Source: Mycoplasma mycoides subsp. capri (lineage in GTDB: Bacteria > Bacillota_I > Bacilli_A > Mycoplasmatales > Mycoplasmataceae). Taken from it: DNA of 32,000 nucleotides. Shown here in pieces: positions 1-10,378 of the stretch; position 1 is the stretch's first letter, and every line of letters begins with the position of its first letter. Under the pieces are notes generated by a model. It worked only from the letters and a program-made list of their open reading frames with translations. It made no database searches and was not told the DNA's origin. The stretch covers positions 300,001 through 332,000 of the forward strand of contig NZ_CP065581.1 in assembly GCF_018389705.1 (NCBI RefSeq), in the 5' to 3' direction. Both the position numbers and the translations under genes were made by a program.

Positions 1-1845
1 CGTCAGTGAGTTTTAAAAATTACTGATTATGCAGATAAACTTTTAGATGGGTTAGATAATTTAGATTGACCAAATTCTGTAAAAGAATTGCAAAGAAATT
101 GAATTGGTAAATCTGAAGGTTGTGAAATTAACTTTAAATCAAATGATATTGATATTCCAGTTTTTACTACTAGAGCTGATACTATTTTTGGAGCAACTTA
201 TATTGTTTTAGCTCCAGAAAATGAACTTGTTTTAAAACTAACAACACCCGAAAAATTAGATGAAGTTAAAAAATATATTGAACTAACTGCTAATAAATCT
301 GAAATTGAAAGAAAAGATGAATCTAGAACTAAAACTGGAGTATTTATTGGAAGTTATGCAACAAATCCATTAACTAAAGAACAAATTCAAATTTGAATTA
401 GTGATTATGTTTTAAATGATTATGGATCAGGAGCTATTATGGCAGTTCCAGCTCATGATAAAAGAGATTGAGATTTTGCTACTAAATTTAATTTACCAAT
501 TAGATTTGTAATTCAAACTAAAGATCAATCTAAAGCTTTTGTTGGTGAAGGAATACATATTAATTCAGAATTTTTAAATGATCTTGATAGAGTTCAAGCT
601 TTACAAGTAATCCATGATTATGTTGAAAAAAATAATTTAGGTAAGAGAAAAATTAATTATAAATTAAGAGATTGATTATTTTCAAGACAAAGATTTTATG
701 GTGAACCTTTTCCTGTTTTATATGATAAAGATAATAATATTGTTTTAATTGAAGATAACAATTTACCAATTACACTTCCAACAACAGATTATATAAAACC
801 AACTAATACTGGTGAAAGTCCTTTAGCTAATGTTAAAAATTGAGTAAATGTAAAAATTGGTGATAAAGAATATAAAAGAGAAACTAATACTATGCCTCAA
901 TCAGCAGGATCTAGTTGATATTTTATTGCTTATATTCTAGCTAATTCAAAAAATAATTTAATTGATTTAACTAGTGATGAAGCTAAAAAAAGATTAGAAA
1001 AATGACTACCAGTTGATTTGTATATTGGTGGTCAAGAACATGCAGTTGGTCATTTGTTATATTCTAGATTTTGAACTCATTTTTTATATGATTTAGGATT
1101 ATTACCAACAAATGAACCATTTCAAAGATTATTTAATCAAGGAATGATATTAGGACCTGATAATAGAAAAATGTCTAAATCTTGAGGAAATGTTATTAAT
1201 CCAGATGATGTTATTGATACACATGGTGCTGATGCATTAAGATTGTATGAAATGTTTATGGGTCCATTAGATGCTAGTTTACCTTGAAGTTTTGATGGAT
1301 TAGATGCTAGTTTGAAATGATTAAATCGTTGTTATAGAATGATTAATAAAATTGAGTTTAGTAATACTAATAATCACAAATTAGATTATGTTTATAATGA
1401 TGTAGTTAAAAAAGTAACTCAAATGATTCAAGAACTAAAATTTAACACAGCAATTAGTCAATTAATGGTTTTAGTAAATGCAATTTATAAAGAAGAACTA
1501 AATACAGTTTATAAACAATATATTGAAGGTTTTGTAAAAATGTTAAGTTTATTTGCTCCACATTTAAGTGAAGAATTATGAGAAAAACTAGGAAATAACT
1601 CTAGTGTAACTTTACAAACTTGACCAGAATTTGATGAAACTAAAATAATTAAAAATACAGTTGTTATTGCTTTACAAGTTAATGGAAAATTAAGATCAAC
1701 AATTGAAGTTGAAAAAGGAACAGACAAAGAAACTTTAATAAATTTAGCAGAAAAAAATGAAAATATTATTAAATTTATTAAAGATCATAAAATCTTAAAA
1801 CGTATAGCAGTTATTGATCGAATTGTCAATATAGTAATTGAGTAA
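1..1845 (+). CDS. leuS: Leucyl-tRNA synthetase, C-terminal ~614 codons (5' end outside window)
   Basis: Frame 1 is open from the window edge to TAA 1843-1845 when TGA=Trp. Class I synthetase KMSKS motif (RKMSKSWGN, ~nt 1165-1190). Typical LeuRS blocks: [44 protein letters not shown]. Confidence 0.95.
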
Positions 1846-1870
1846 AAAGGTAGAAAATACCTTTTTTATT
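1846..1870 (+). terminator. Rho-independent terminator of leuS
   Basis: 7-bp stem AAAGGTA (1846-1852) / TACCTTT (1858-1864), 5-nt loop, T-run 1862-1867, directly after the stop codon. Confidence 0.7.
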
Positions 1871-1911
1871 TTGCAAAATTATATAATTACTTTTGTAGAA
1901 AAGGAGTTAAA

Positions 1912-3471
1912 ATGAAAAAAACCGTTAAATTAACAATCATTTTATTAGTTGTTGCAGTAATTTATTTTGGTTATTCAGCTTGACTTGACGGGGTTGCTAT
2001 TTATGCAATTAGAGGTGTAAAAGAAGACGGTAATTCATTCTTTTCACTAATGACTTCAACTTCTGCATGAGTTAATAATTGAAAGACTATTTTAATTGAA
2101 AAACTAGGAAAAGAGACTGATTTAGGTAAATGAGTTGATACCTTTAATGGTTCAACTGCATGAACTGATTGAGTAAAATCAATTGAAGCTTCTGGTTATA
2201 AACTAACTGGATTTATGGCTCCAGACTCACTATTATATACATTATTAAGTCCATTTAAACTAATTTTAGTTGGTGGTGTTTTTGCAATGTTTATACCTTT
2301 ATTAAAACAATTATTATTTAATACAATTATTGGTATTAAATCATATTTAAAAAATAGAGATATGAACGTTTTATTCAATTATAGTAAAACTATTGAATTT
2401 GTAGAAAACTTAAAAGCAAAAATTAGTGAAGATGATTTTGAAGGTGTTAAAGCTGCTTATTCATCATATTCATCATTAGCGTTTAAACCTGTATTTTTAA
2501 CTAATTTAATGAATGAAATTTATAAAACATTAATTAAATTTGGTGATATTAAAGTGTTTGAAAATGGTTGTGCTTCAGTGTTAGAAGCAATTCAAGAAAT
2601 GTATGTTAAAGAAAAAAGACGTGCTATGAATAATGGAAGAGGAGATGAAATGTTTTATGATATAAAACGTGGATTTGAATATTCTTCTTATAGTTCAAGA
2701 TATTTTGTTAAATATTATGAAGCAATGTCTAAAGATTCTAAAAAATTAGGATGAAAAATCTTTAGTATTGAAATTTCACGTTTTTCATTATTCTTATTAT
2801 TTGCTTTATTACCAAGTATTTTATTATCTGGAATAATTAGTGGTGTTTTATTACAAGTAATAGATCAAAATTCATCAAATATTACAGCACTAATTACAAT
2901 TGGTTCATTTATAATGTTGTGAGCAATTTTTGCTATTATCTTCCATGCTATTTATATTTTCTTTAAAAAAGAATACAAAATTAACAAACATATATTAGTA
3001 AAACCAGCAATTACTTATTATTCATTATTGTTATTAGTATTTATGACATTAACTGCAGGATGTGTTGGTATTGCTCAAGTTGGAAATATTGCTGAACCAT
3101 TTACAGCACCATTAATGACTAAATGATTTGGTGCTTTAGCTTATTTAGTATTAACAACTTGTTTAGTAATGTATGTGTTAGCTACTTTAGTTGATAACTA
3201 TAGATCAGGAAAACAATTATCAGTTAAACTAATTATTAATAATATTGTTTTACCTGCAATTATTTGAACTATTACAACTGGAGCTAACTTTGTTGCATTA
3301 TTTGCTAAATCTCAAGAAGTAATGGATTATAGTAATTTAATTTCTGGTATTAATACTTTAGTAATGGTACTATTTTGAATTTATCTATTTACAGCACAAT
3401 TTTTAATCAATAACTTAATTACTTCAAAAACAGCCAAAATGTTAAAACAAACTAAAGTTGTTGAAAAATAA
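1912..3471 (+). CDS. Hypothetical multi-pass membrane protein (519 aa)
   Basis: AAGGAG RBS at 1901-1906, ATG 1912, TAA 3469-3471. Frame is continuous through about 11 in-frame TGA codons (checked). N-terminal TM helix, soluble central region, then about 6 hydrophobic segments in the C-terminal half. No motif I recognise. Confidence 0.8.
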
Positions 3472-3561
3472 ATAACTTAATAAATATTAATAATAATTAA
3501 TTTTTGATAATTTATAGTTTAAAATAATAACAAAAATTAATTAATTATTGATGGTTCTTAT

Positions 3562-4038
3562 ATGAAAAAATTATTAAGTATTTTAGCTATTTTTTCACTA
3601 GCTACTACTAGTGTTTTATTAAGTTTGACTATATCTAATAATAGTAATTTTATTAATACTATTTTAAAAGTAGAAACTAAAAAAGAAAATAAAACTGATT
3701 CTAAGAAATTAGAAAGTTTAATAAAACAAAAAAATCTTGGTTCTTTTAATAAAAAACCAAGTACTAGTGAAATTATTAAAAAAATTAATCAAATAAATAA
3801 ATTAGAAAATCAAAATCAAATTAAAGAATCAGATGTTGATATAAATATTAAAAAAGATAAAATAATAATTACTTTAAAATCAGATAAAAACGATACAGTT
3901 ACATTAAAGTATAAAAATACTCACAAACTTGCTGAAATAATTGGTGGGGTATTAGCAGGTGTTGTTGTTTTAAGTGGAGCTGGGTTTTTATCTTATAAAG
4001 TTATTAAAAAACAAAAAACATCTAAATCAACAAATTAA
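3562..4038 (+). CDS. Hypothetical surface/membrane-anchored protein (158 aa)
   Basis: Intact ORF in the track. N-terminal hydrophobic signal/anchor with no lipobox Cys. Lys/Asn-rich middle. C-terminal TM segment IIGGVLAGVVVLSGAGFLSY followed by a basic tail. Confidence 0.7.
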   Translation: MKKLLSILAIFSLATTSVLLSLTISNNSNFINTILKVETKKENKTDSKKLESLIKQKNLGSFNKKPSTSEIIKKINQINKLENQNQIKESDVDINIKKDKIIITLKSDKNDTVTLKYKNTHKLAEIIGGVLAGVVVLSGAGFLSYKVIKKQKTSKSTN

Positions 4039-4040
4039 CT

Positions 4041-4070
4041 AAAAAAGAGAAGATATAATCTTCTCTTTTT
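4041..4070. terminator. Bidirectional terminator shared by convergent genes
   Basis: Stem GAGAAGA (4047-4053) / TCTTCTC (4059-4065), 5-nt loop, A6 on the left and T5 on the right. Lies between the + gene ending at 4038 and the - gene ending at 4070. Confidence 0.7.
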
Positions 4071-4834
4071 TATAATGGTAAATCTTTTCTAGTAAAACTA
4101 ATAACACCAATACTAGTTGAAATTACTATAATTCCAATCAATATAATATAGCTTAAATAAAAATCTGAAATGTTTTTAATTGAAACTTTGCTAAAATCAA
4201 TCAAACTTAAAATAGTAAAGTTTTTAAAATTAATTAAAAAACTTCGATCTAGTGCTTTTCCTACTTGACTAATAACATCACTTGCTACAAAAAGTGTAAA
4301 AATCGCTCCATTACAAATTAAAACAAATGTTGATTTATTAAAAAGACAACTAAACATAAAACATAATGATCCAATAGCACTAACCATTATTCAAAATGAA
4401 AAACATTGTAAAGCTCAATTTAATAAATTAAATTGTTCAGTATTTATATGATTTATTTTCATAAACACTGCATTTATTACAAATACAACAAATACATAGA
4501 CTGTAATACTAAATAAAAAGTAAAAAAATCTACTTAATACAATACTAGTTCTTGATAAATTAGATGATAGTATAAAAGTTAAATGACCTTTTTCAATCGG
4601 TCTTGTAATTAGTGAAATCGTTCCTGAAATTAAAAAAGTAGAAATTACTAATATTCCATATTGATCAAATAGAATTTTTATAATATTTTGATAAACAGTT
4701 AAACTAATATTTTCATTATTGTATCTTATAGAAACTAATAAAATGATTGTTATAAAACTAAAAAAAGGAATACAAAATAATCAAACTATTAAAGTATTTT
4801 TAAATGAATTTTTTCATAATTGTGAATTAAACAT
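4070..4834 (-). CDS. ABC-2 type transporter permease (254 aa)
   Basis: ATG at 4834-4832 lies 1 nt after the ATPase stop (4838-4836). Frame is continuous to TAA 4072-4070 through four TGA codons. About 6 hydrophobic helices. Function inferred from coupling to the ATPase. Confidence 0.75.
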
Positions 4835-4835
4835 A

Positions 4836-5723
4836 TTATTTTGTTTCTCCTTCTTTTTTATAAAATTTTAAAAAGTAATTTTCTAATGAAAAAGGAATTT
4901 CTTCAAATAAGTTTATTTCATATGACTTTAATTCATTAAAAAAATAATTAACTTTATTAATTGGAACTTTATAAGTTGCAATTAAATCATTAACATTAGT
5001 TAAAAATTCATTCTTATAAATATTGTGATTTTTAAAAGTAATTTTATATTCTCTATCGCTTGTAGTTTTAATTAAATCTAAATCTAACTTGTTAATAATT
5101 CTACCGCTTTTAATTATTGCTACTTTATTACATAATTTTTCAACTTCTTCAAAAACATGAGAACTTAAAAAAATAGTAGTGTTATTTTGTTTTAGTTTTA
5201 ACATTAATTGAATGAATTTATTTTTAATTAAGGGATCTAATCCTGTTGTTGGTTCATCTAAAATTAAAACTTTAGGTTGATGCATTAAACATAAAACTAA
5301 TCCTAGTTTTTGTTTCATTCCTTTAGACATTTTTTTAATTTTAATATTTGGATTAAATTCTCAATATTTAATTAATTTTTCAACATAATCTCAATTTTCT
5401 TGTTTTCTTAACTTATAAATAAATTTAATGTAACTTAGACCATTTTCATGTTCTGGATAATTAATTTCTCCAGGTAAATAACCAACACTTGGTTGAATTT
5501 TATAAGAATGTTTTCAACAATCTTCATTAAAAATTAAAGCTTTACCTTTGTTTTGTCTAATATATCCCATTAGATGTCTAATTGTTGTAGATTTTCCAGC
5601 TCCATTTGGTCCTAAATAACCATAAATATCGCCTTGATTAACTTCTAGATTAATATCAAAAATCCCATAGCCATTATTATATTTTTTAGTTAGATTTTTA
5701 ATTTCTATAATTTTTTGTTGCAT
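4836..5723 (-). CDS. ABC transporter ATP-binding protein (295 aa)
   Basis: Track fragments 5514-5723 and 4836-5330 join in frame across three TGA codons. Walker A GPNGAGKST, signature-like MSKGMKQKL, Walker B LILDEPTTGLD. Confidence 0.9.
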
Positions 5724-5944
5724 AAATTTTCCTAACTATAATTTGCTTATAAAAATAAATCCATATTCTAAAAGAAAAAATTATTTTAATAATTTAATTT
5801 TTTAAAAGAACTTAACTTTTTGAGTGTGAGCTAATTTTAACATTAAATACTTAATAAGAAAAGACAAAAATTTTTTTGTTGGTGCTCTTAAACTAAAGAT
5901 AATTTGAAAATTATAAAATATTTTACAAGGAGGCATAAAATATC

Positions 5945-6322
5945 ATGATTTTAGCAAAAGCACCATCAAGTTCAGAACAAGAAGCATTTGGCTTAAGTAA
6001 AGATATAATACCTGTTAGTGTAATTGGATTAATTATTACTTTAGCTGCTATCGCTTTTCTTTCTTGATTAGTATATAAAAACAAAGAAAAAATTATTCCA
6101 AACAAAAAGAACTTAGGTATTGCTGCAATAGGATATGTAGTTTTACTTATTGCATTAATTTTAGTTTCAGTAGCTTTATCTAAATATAATTCACCTAGCT
6201 TTGATGATATTTTCAGATCAGATTTATCTAAAAAACTAAAAGGTCTTGCATATTCAGGTCTTGTATTTTCATTAATTGGAGCTGGAATATCAGGATTTAT
6301 ATTTGCAAAAGTAAAAAAATAA
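5945..6322 (+). CDS. Small hypothetical membrane protein (125 aa, 3 predicted TM helices)
   Basis: AAGGAGG at 5929-5935, ATG 5945, one internal TGA, TAA 6320-6322, followed by a terminator. Missed by the standard-code track, which reports the antisense ORF 5923-6351 instead. Confidence 0.6.
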
Positions 6323-6335
6323 GACTTATAAATAC

Positions 6336-6372
6336 AAATGATCTTAATCAAAAATGATAAAGATCATTTTTT
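6336..6372 (+). terminator. Rho-independent terminator
   Basis: 10-bp stem AAATGATCTT (6336-6345) / AAGATCATTT (6360-6369), 14-nt loop, T-run to 6372. Confidence 0.65.
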
Positions 6373-6487
6373 ATTTTGTTTTCTTTTTTAAATACTTTTT
6401 AGCCATAGACTAATTATAAAGATAAATTTAATTTTAAAAAGACCTAAATTTTTAAAAAAAAATTAACTTAATTAATAACTATTTTTG

Positions 6488-6516
6488 AATAATAGAATAT
6501 TTTATATTCTATTATT
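6488..6516. repeat. Perfect 13-bp inverted repeat (candidate operator or weak hairpin)
   Basis: AATAATAGAATAT (6488-6500), TTT loop, ATATTCTATTATT (6504-6516), followed by a T-run. About 100 bp upstream of the agmatine-operon -10 element. Confidence 0.5.
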
Positions 6517-6563
6517 TTTTTATCTTTAAATAGTTGTTCAAACCACCTAAATCTTTTGTAATT

Positions 6564-6579
6564 AAAAAAAAAAAAAAAA
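6564..6579. repeat. Homopolymeric poly(A)16 tract in the promoter region
   Basis: 16 consecutive A residues counted directly. Ends 6 nt before the TG of the extended -10. Confidence 0.95.
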
Positions 6580-6585
6580 CCGGAA

Positions 6586-6594
6586 TGTTAAAAT
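6586..6594 (+). promoter_or_regulatory. Extended -10 promoter element (TGTTAAAAT) of the agmatine operon
   Basis: TG at 6586-6587 and TAAAAT at 6589-6594. GAAGGGAG RBS at 6603-6610, ATG at 6618. No -35 hexamer at 17 bp because that position is inside the A-tract. Confidence 0.45.
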
Positions 6595-6617
6595 GAAATT
6601 AAGAAGGGAGTTCTTAT

Positions 6618-7715
6618 ATGAACAAAGTTAGACATTTTATAGATACTCAAGAATTGAGTAAAAAAGAAATTTTTGAAATTTTCCGATTGATGAAAATGCT
6701 AAAAGAAGCTCGTTATTGTGGTGCAGTACCAGAATTGTTAAAAAACAAAACTCTAGCCATGATATTTGAAGAACCATCAACTAGAACTCGTGTTTCATTT
6801 GAAGCAGCTATGACACTTTTAGGTGGTCATGCTCAATATTTAAAACCAGGTGAATTACATCTTGGAGTTCGTGAAAGCTTATATGATACAACTAAAGTTT
6901 TATCACATATGTGTGATGGAATTATGTGTAGAGCATTAAAACACGAAACAGTTTTAAACTTAGCAAAATATGCTGATGTTCCAGTTTTAAATGGACTAAC
7001 AGATTACAATCACCCAACTCAAGCAATTTGTGATGTATTTACAATGTTAGAATATATGCCAGCAACAAAAAACTTGGAATATGAAGACATTAAATTTGAA
7101 GATATTAAAGTGGTATTTATTGGAGATAGAACTAATGTGTGTTCATCAACAATGCATATTACTACAAAACTAGGTATGAATTTTGTACACATTTCTCCAC
7201 AAAAATACCAAAGTCCACAAGCATGAGTTGATATTGCTAAAGAAAATATCAAACAAGCAAACAGTGGATCTGTACTAGTAACTGATGACTTAGAACAAGT
7301 TAAAGGTGCTGATATTATCTATACTGATTTATGATGATGAGTAGATCAAGAAGATGAAGCAGAAGAAAGAGTAAAAGCCTTTAAACCAACCTACCAAGTT
7401 ACTCCTGAATTAATGAAAAAAGCAGGAGACCAAGCATTATTTATGCACTGTCTACCTGCTTCAAGAAATGTAGAAGTTTATGATGAAGTAATAGATTCAG
7501 ATAATTCTATTGCTTTCCAACAAGCTGAAAACAGATTAACAGCTCAAATGGGTCTGTTAGTTTACTATCTATACCCACAAATTGATAAATCATCAAATGC
7601 TGTTAAAGATTATTATAGAGGTAAAGTTGAAGCATTCATGGAACACCAAGATCGTTCATGAAAACAACGTTATACATATAATAATGACTATGCTGAAAAT
7701 AAAAATAAAAAATAA
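6618..7715 (+). CDS. ptcA: Putrescine carbamoyltransferase-like transcarbamylase (365 aa; would commonly be annotated as ornithine carbamoyltransferase)
   Basis: STRTR carbamoyl-phosphate motif, HPTQ, HCLP. The OTC DxxxSMG loop is replaced by YTDLWWWVDQ. About 45-aa C-terminal extension after LLVYYL. Lies in an agmatine deiminase gene context. Fragments 6618-7226 and 7413-7661 join via TGA codons; stop TAA 7713-7715. Confidence 0.75.
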
Positions 7716-7742
7716 TATTAAAATAAAAAAATATTTTTAAAT

Positions 7743-9161
7743 ATGTCTAAAACAAAAAAAGGTCTAAGACTGTTTGACATAATTGCTTTTACATTTAGTG
7801 CAGTTTTTGTCTTAGACTCATTTGCATCAGCAGCAGCAATTGGTTGACAATCAATAATTTATTGAATTTTATTAGCTATTTTATACTTTTTACCTTATGG
7901 ATTAATTACAGCTGAATTAGGTGCAGCATATAGTGATAATGGTGGAATTTATACGTGAGTTAAGAGTGCTTGTGGTAACAAATGAGCTGCTAGAACTAAT
8001 TGATTCTATTGATTAAATGTTGGTTTGTGAATGTCTTCAGTTTATATTGCATTCTCATCAACATTATCAAAAATCTTTTTTGCTCACGCTCCATTATCAT
8101 TATGAACTCAAATAGGAATAGCTATTGGTATAACTTGAGTAACTGTTTTAGTTGGATTATTAAATTTTAAATATACTAAGTGATTACCAAACTTTTCTTC
8201 TATTTCAAAACTTGTTGTAACTATTGGTTTAATTGCAGCAGCAATTACTTGATTAGCTCAAGGAAACCCAGTATCTACAAAAATAGATGATGCTGAATTT
8301 GGAATTTTGCCATCATTTAGTAAAGGTGTTGTGTTTTTACCAGTAATTATTTATAACCTTTCTGGTTTTGAATTAGGTTCAAATACTGCAAGTGAAATGA
8401 AAAATCCTAAACGTGACATCCCATTATCAACTATTTTAGCTGGAATAACAATTGTAATTTCTTATATCATAGGAACTATTGCAGTTAATGTTATATTAGA
8501 TGTAAAAACTTTAGATGTTTCTAATGGTATTATTCAAACAATTGAAAAAGTCTTTCCAGATTGGCTAACTAAAATTCTAGGTGTATTTTTACTATTTACT
8601 TTTTTTGGAAATATGATTACTTGAAGTACAGGTGCTAATAAAGCAATTCAAGAAGCAGCAAGTGATGGAGAATTTCCAAAAGTCTTTGGTACAGTTTTAA
8701 AAAATGACTCTCCATTATGAGCAACTATTATTACTGGAAGTGTATGTACAGTGTTATTAATTATTGCAGGTTTATTATCTCCAAGTGGAGAAATTTCTGA
8801 AATCTTTTGACAATTATATGCATTTTCATCAATTATATTCTTGTTACCTTACTTATTAATATTTCCAAGCTTTATTATCATTAGATACAAATATCCAGAT
8901 CTAAAAAGACCATTTAAAATCCCAGGACCTAAGTGATTCCAATGAATTGTTGTAATTACTCCTATGATAATTTTATGCTTAAGTATAATCTTATTCTTAT
9001 TTGGTGAAATTATGGTAGGTGCAAAAACTTGAGAATTAAGTTCAGGTGGTGGAAATGTTCTATTTGCTTTAATTGGAACTGTGATCTGTATTGGTATTGG
9101 TGAATTATTAATATGATGATCTAGTTATAAAAATAAAAAAAACTTAGCTAAAGGAGAATAG
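7743..9161 (+). CDS. aguD: APC-family amino acid/polyamine permease, probable agmatine:putrescine antiporter (472 aa)
   Basis: ATG 7743 to TAG 9159-9161, continuous with many TGA=Trp codons. About 12 hydrophobic segments. Located between the transcarbamylase and agmatine deiminase genes. Substrate assignment is from context only. Confidence 0.7.
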
Positions 9162-9167
9162 ATTAAT

Positions 9168-10262
9168 ATGAGCAAAAAAATAAATTCAACTCCTAAAAAA
9201 GATGGTTTTTGAATGCCTGGTGAATGAGAAAAACATGATCAATGTTGAATGATTTGACCAGAACGTTCTGATAACTGAAGACTTGGTGCAAAACCAGCTC
9301 AAAAAGTATTTGCAAATGTAGCTAATGCTATTGCAAAATATGAAAAACTAACAATGTTAGTTTCACATCAACAATTTGAAAATGCACGTAACCTTTTAGA
9401 TGAAAATGTTAGAGTGATTGAAATGTCAAATGACGATTCTTGAATGAGAGATGTAGGACCAACTATTGTTAAAAACAAAGATGGAGAAATTCGTGGTGTT
9501 GATTGAGTCTTTAATGCTTGAGGAGGATTTAAAGGTGGATTGTACTTTCCTTGAGATAAAGATGATGCAATTGCTAGAAAAGTTTGTGAAATTTGTAATA
9601 TAGATTATTATAGAACTGATTTTGTTTTAGAAGGTGGATCTATTCATACTGATGGAGATGGAACATTATATACAACTGAAGAATGTTTATTAAATGAAAA
9701 CCGTAACCCAGATTTAACTAAAGAACAAATTGAAGAAAATCTAAAACAATACTGTGGTGTTGAAAAAGTAATTTGACTACCATGAGGAGTTTATAATGAT
9801 GAAACTAATGGACATGTTGACAACTTATTAAATGTTGTTAGTCCAGGTCATGTTGTTTTAACTTGAACAGATGATACAACTGATCCTCAATATGAACGTT
9901 CTAAATTAGCTTATGATATTTTAACAAATACTTTAGATGCTAAAGGACGTAAGATTAAAGTAACTAAATTACATCAACCAGGACCATTATTTATTACAAA
10001 AGAAGAAGCTGAAGGTATAGATGTTTGCGATACTATGTCAAGAGAACCAGAACAAAGAATGCCAGCAAGTTATGCAAACTACTATATTGCAAATAATGCA
10101 GTTATTCTACCTATTTTTGGAGATAAATATGATGATTTAGCAGTTAAAACACTTCAATCAGTTTATCCAAACCATAAAATTGAAACTGTAATGGCTCGTG
10201 AAATTCTATTAGGTGGTGGTAATATTCACTGTATTACTCAACAACAACCAACAAGTAAATAA
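9168..10262 (+). CDS. aguA: Agmatine deiminase (364 aa)
   Basis: AAAGGAG RBS overlaps the upstream stop. N-terminal FWMPGEWEKHDQCWMIWPER, then [19 protein letters not shown], and the C-terminal catalytic-Cys signature [13 protein letters not shown]. Confidence 0.9.
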
Positions 10263-10296
10263 AACTATTCTTATAAATAAATTTTATTAATAAACT

Positions 10297-10346
10297 ACCA
10301 CTCATTAAAAATAGAAACATTTTATAATGAGTGGTTCTTTTTTTAA
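10297..10346 (+). terminator. Intra-cluster hairpin/terminator between aguA and arcC
   Basis: 10-bp stem ACCACTCATT (10297-10306) / AATGAGTGGT (10326-10335), 19-nt loop, then TCTTTTTTT. Confidence 0.55.
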
Positions 10347-10378
10347 AAAATAAATCTTTAAAGAAAGGAAGAATTGAT

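Noticed and set aside
1509-1727. Reverse-strand 72-aa ORF inside leuS
   Set aside because: It is antisense to a strongly supported LeuRS coding frame and has no RBS or recognisable motif. The same reasoning rejects 2196-2378 (-) and 7019-7252 (-).
10331-10378. Upstream alternative start of carbamate kinase (MVLFLKNKSLKKGRID...)
   Set aside because: It begins within the terminator hairpin, and its codons read through a T-run. ATG 10379 has a proper RBS and yields the canonical MSKIVIAIGGNALG N-terminus. For the same reasons 28918 (pgk) and 16355 (pncB) are rejected in favour of 28972 and 16400.
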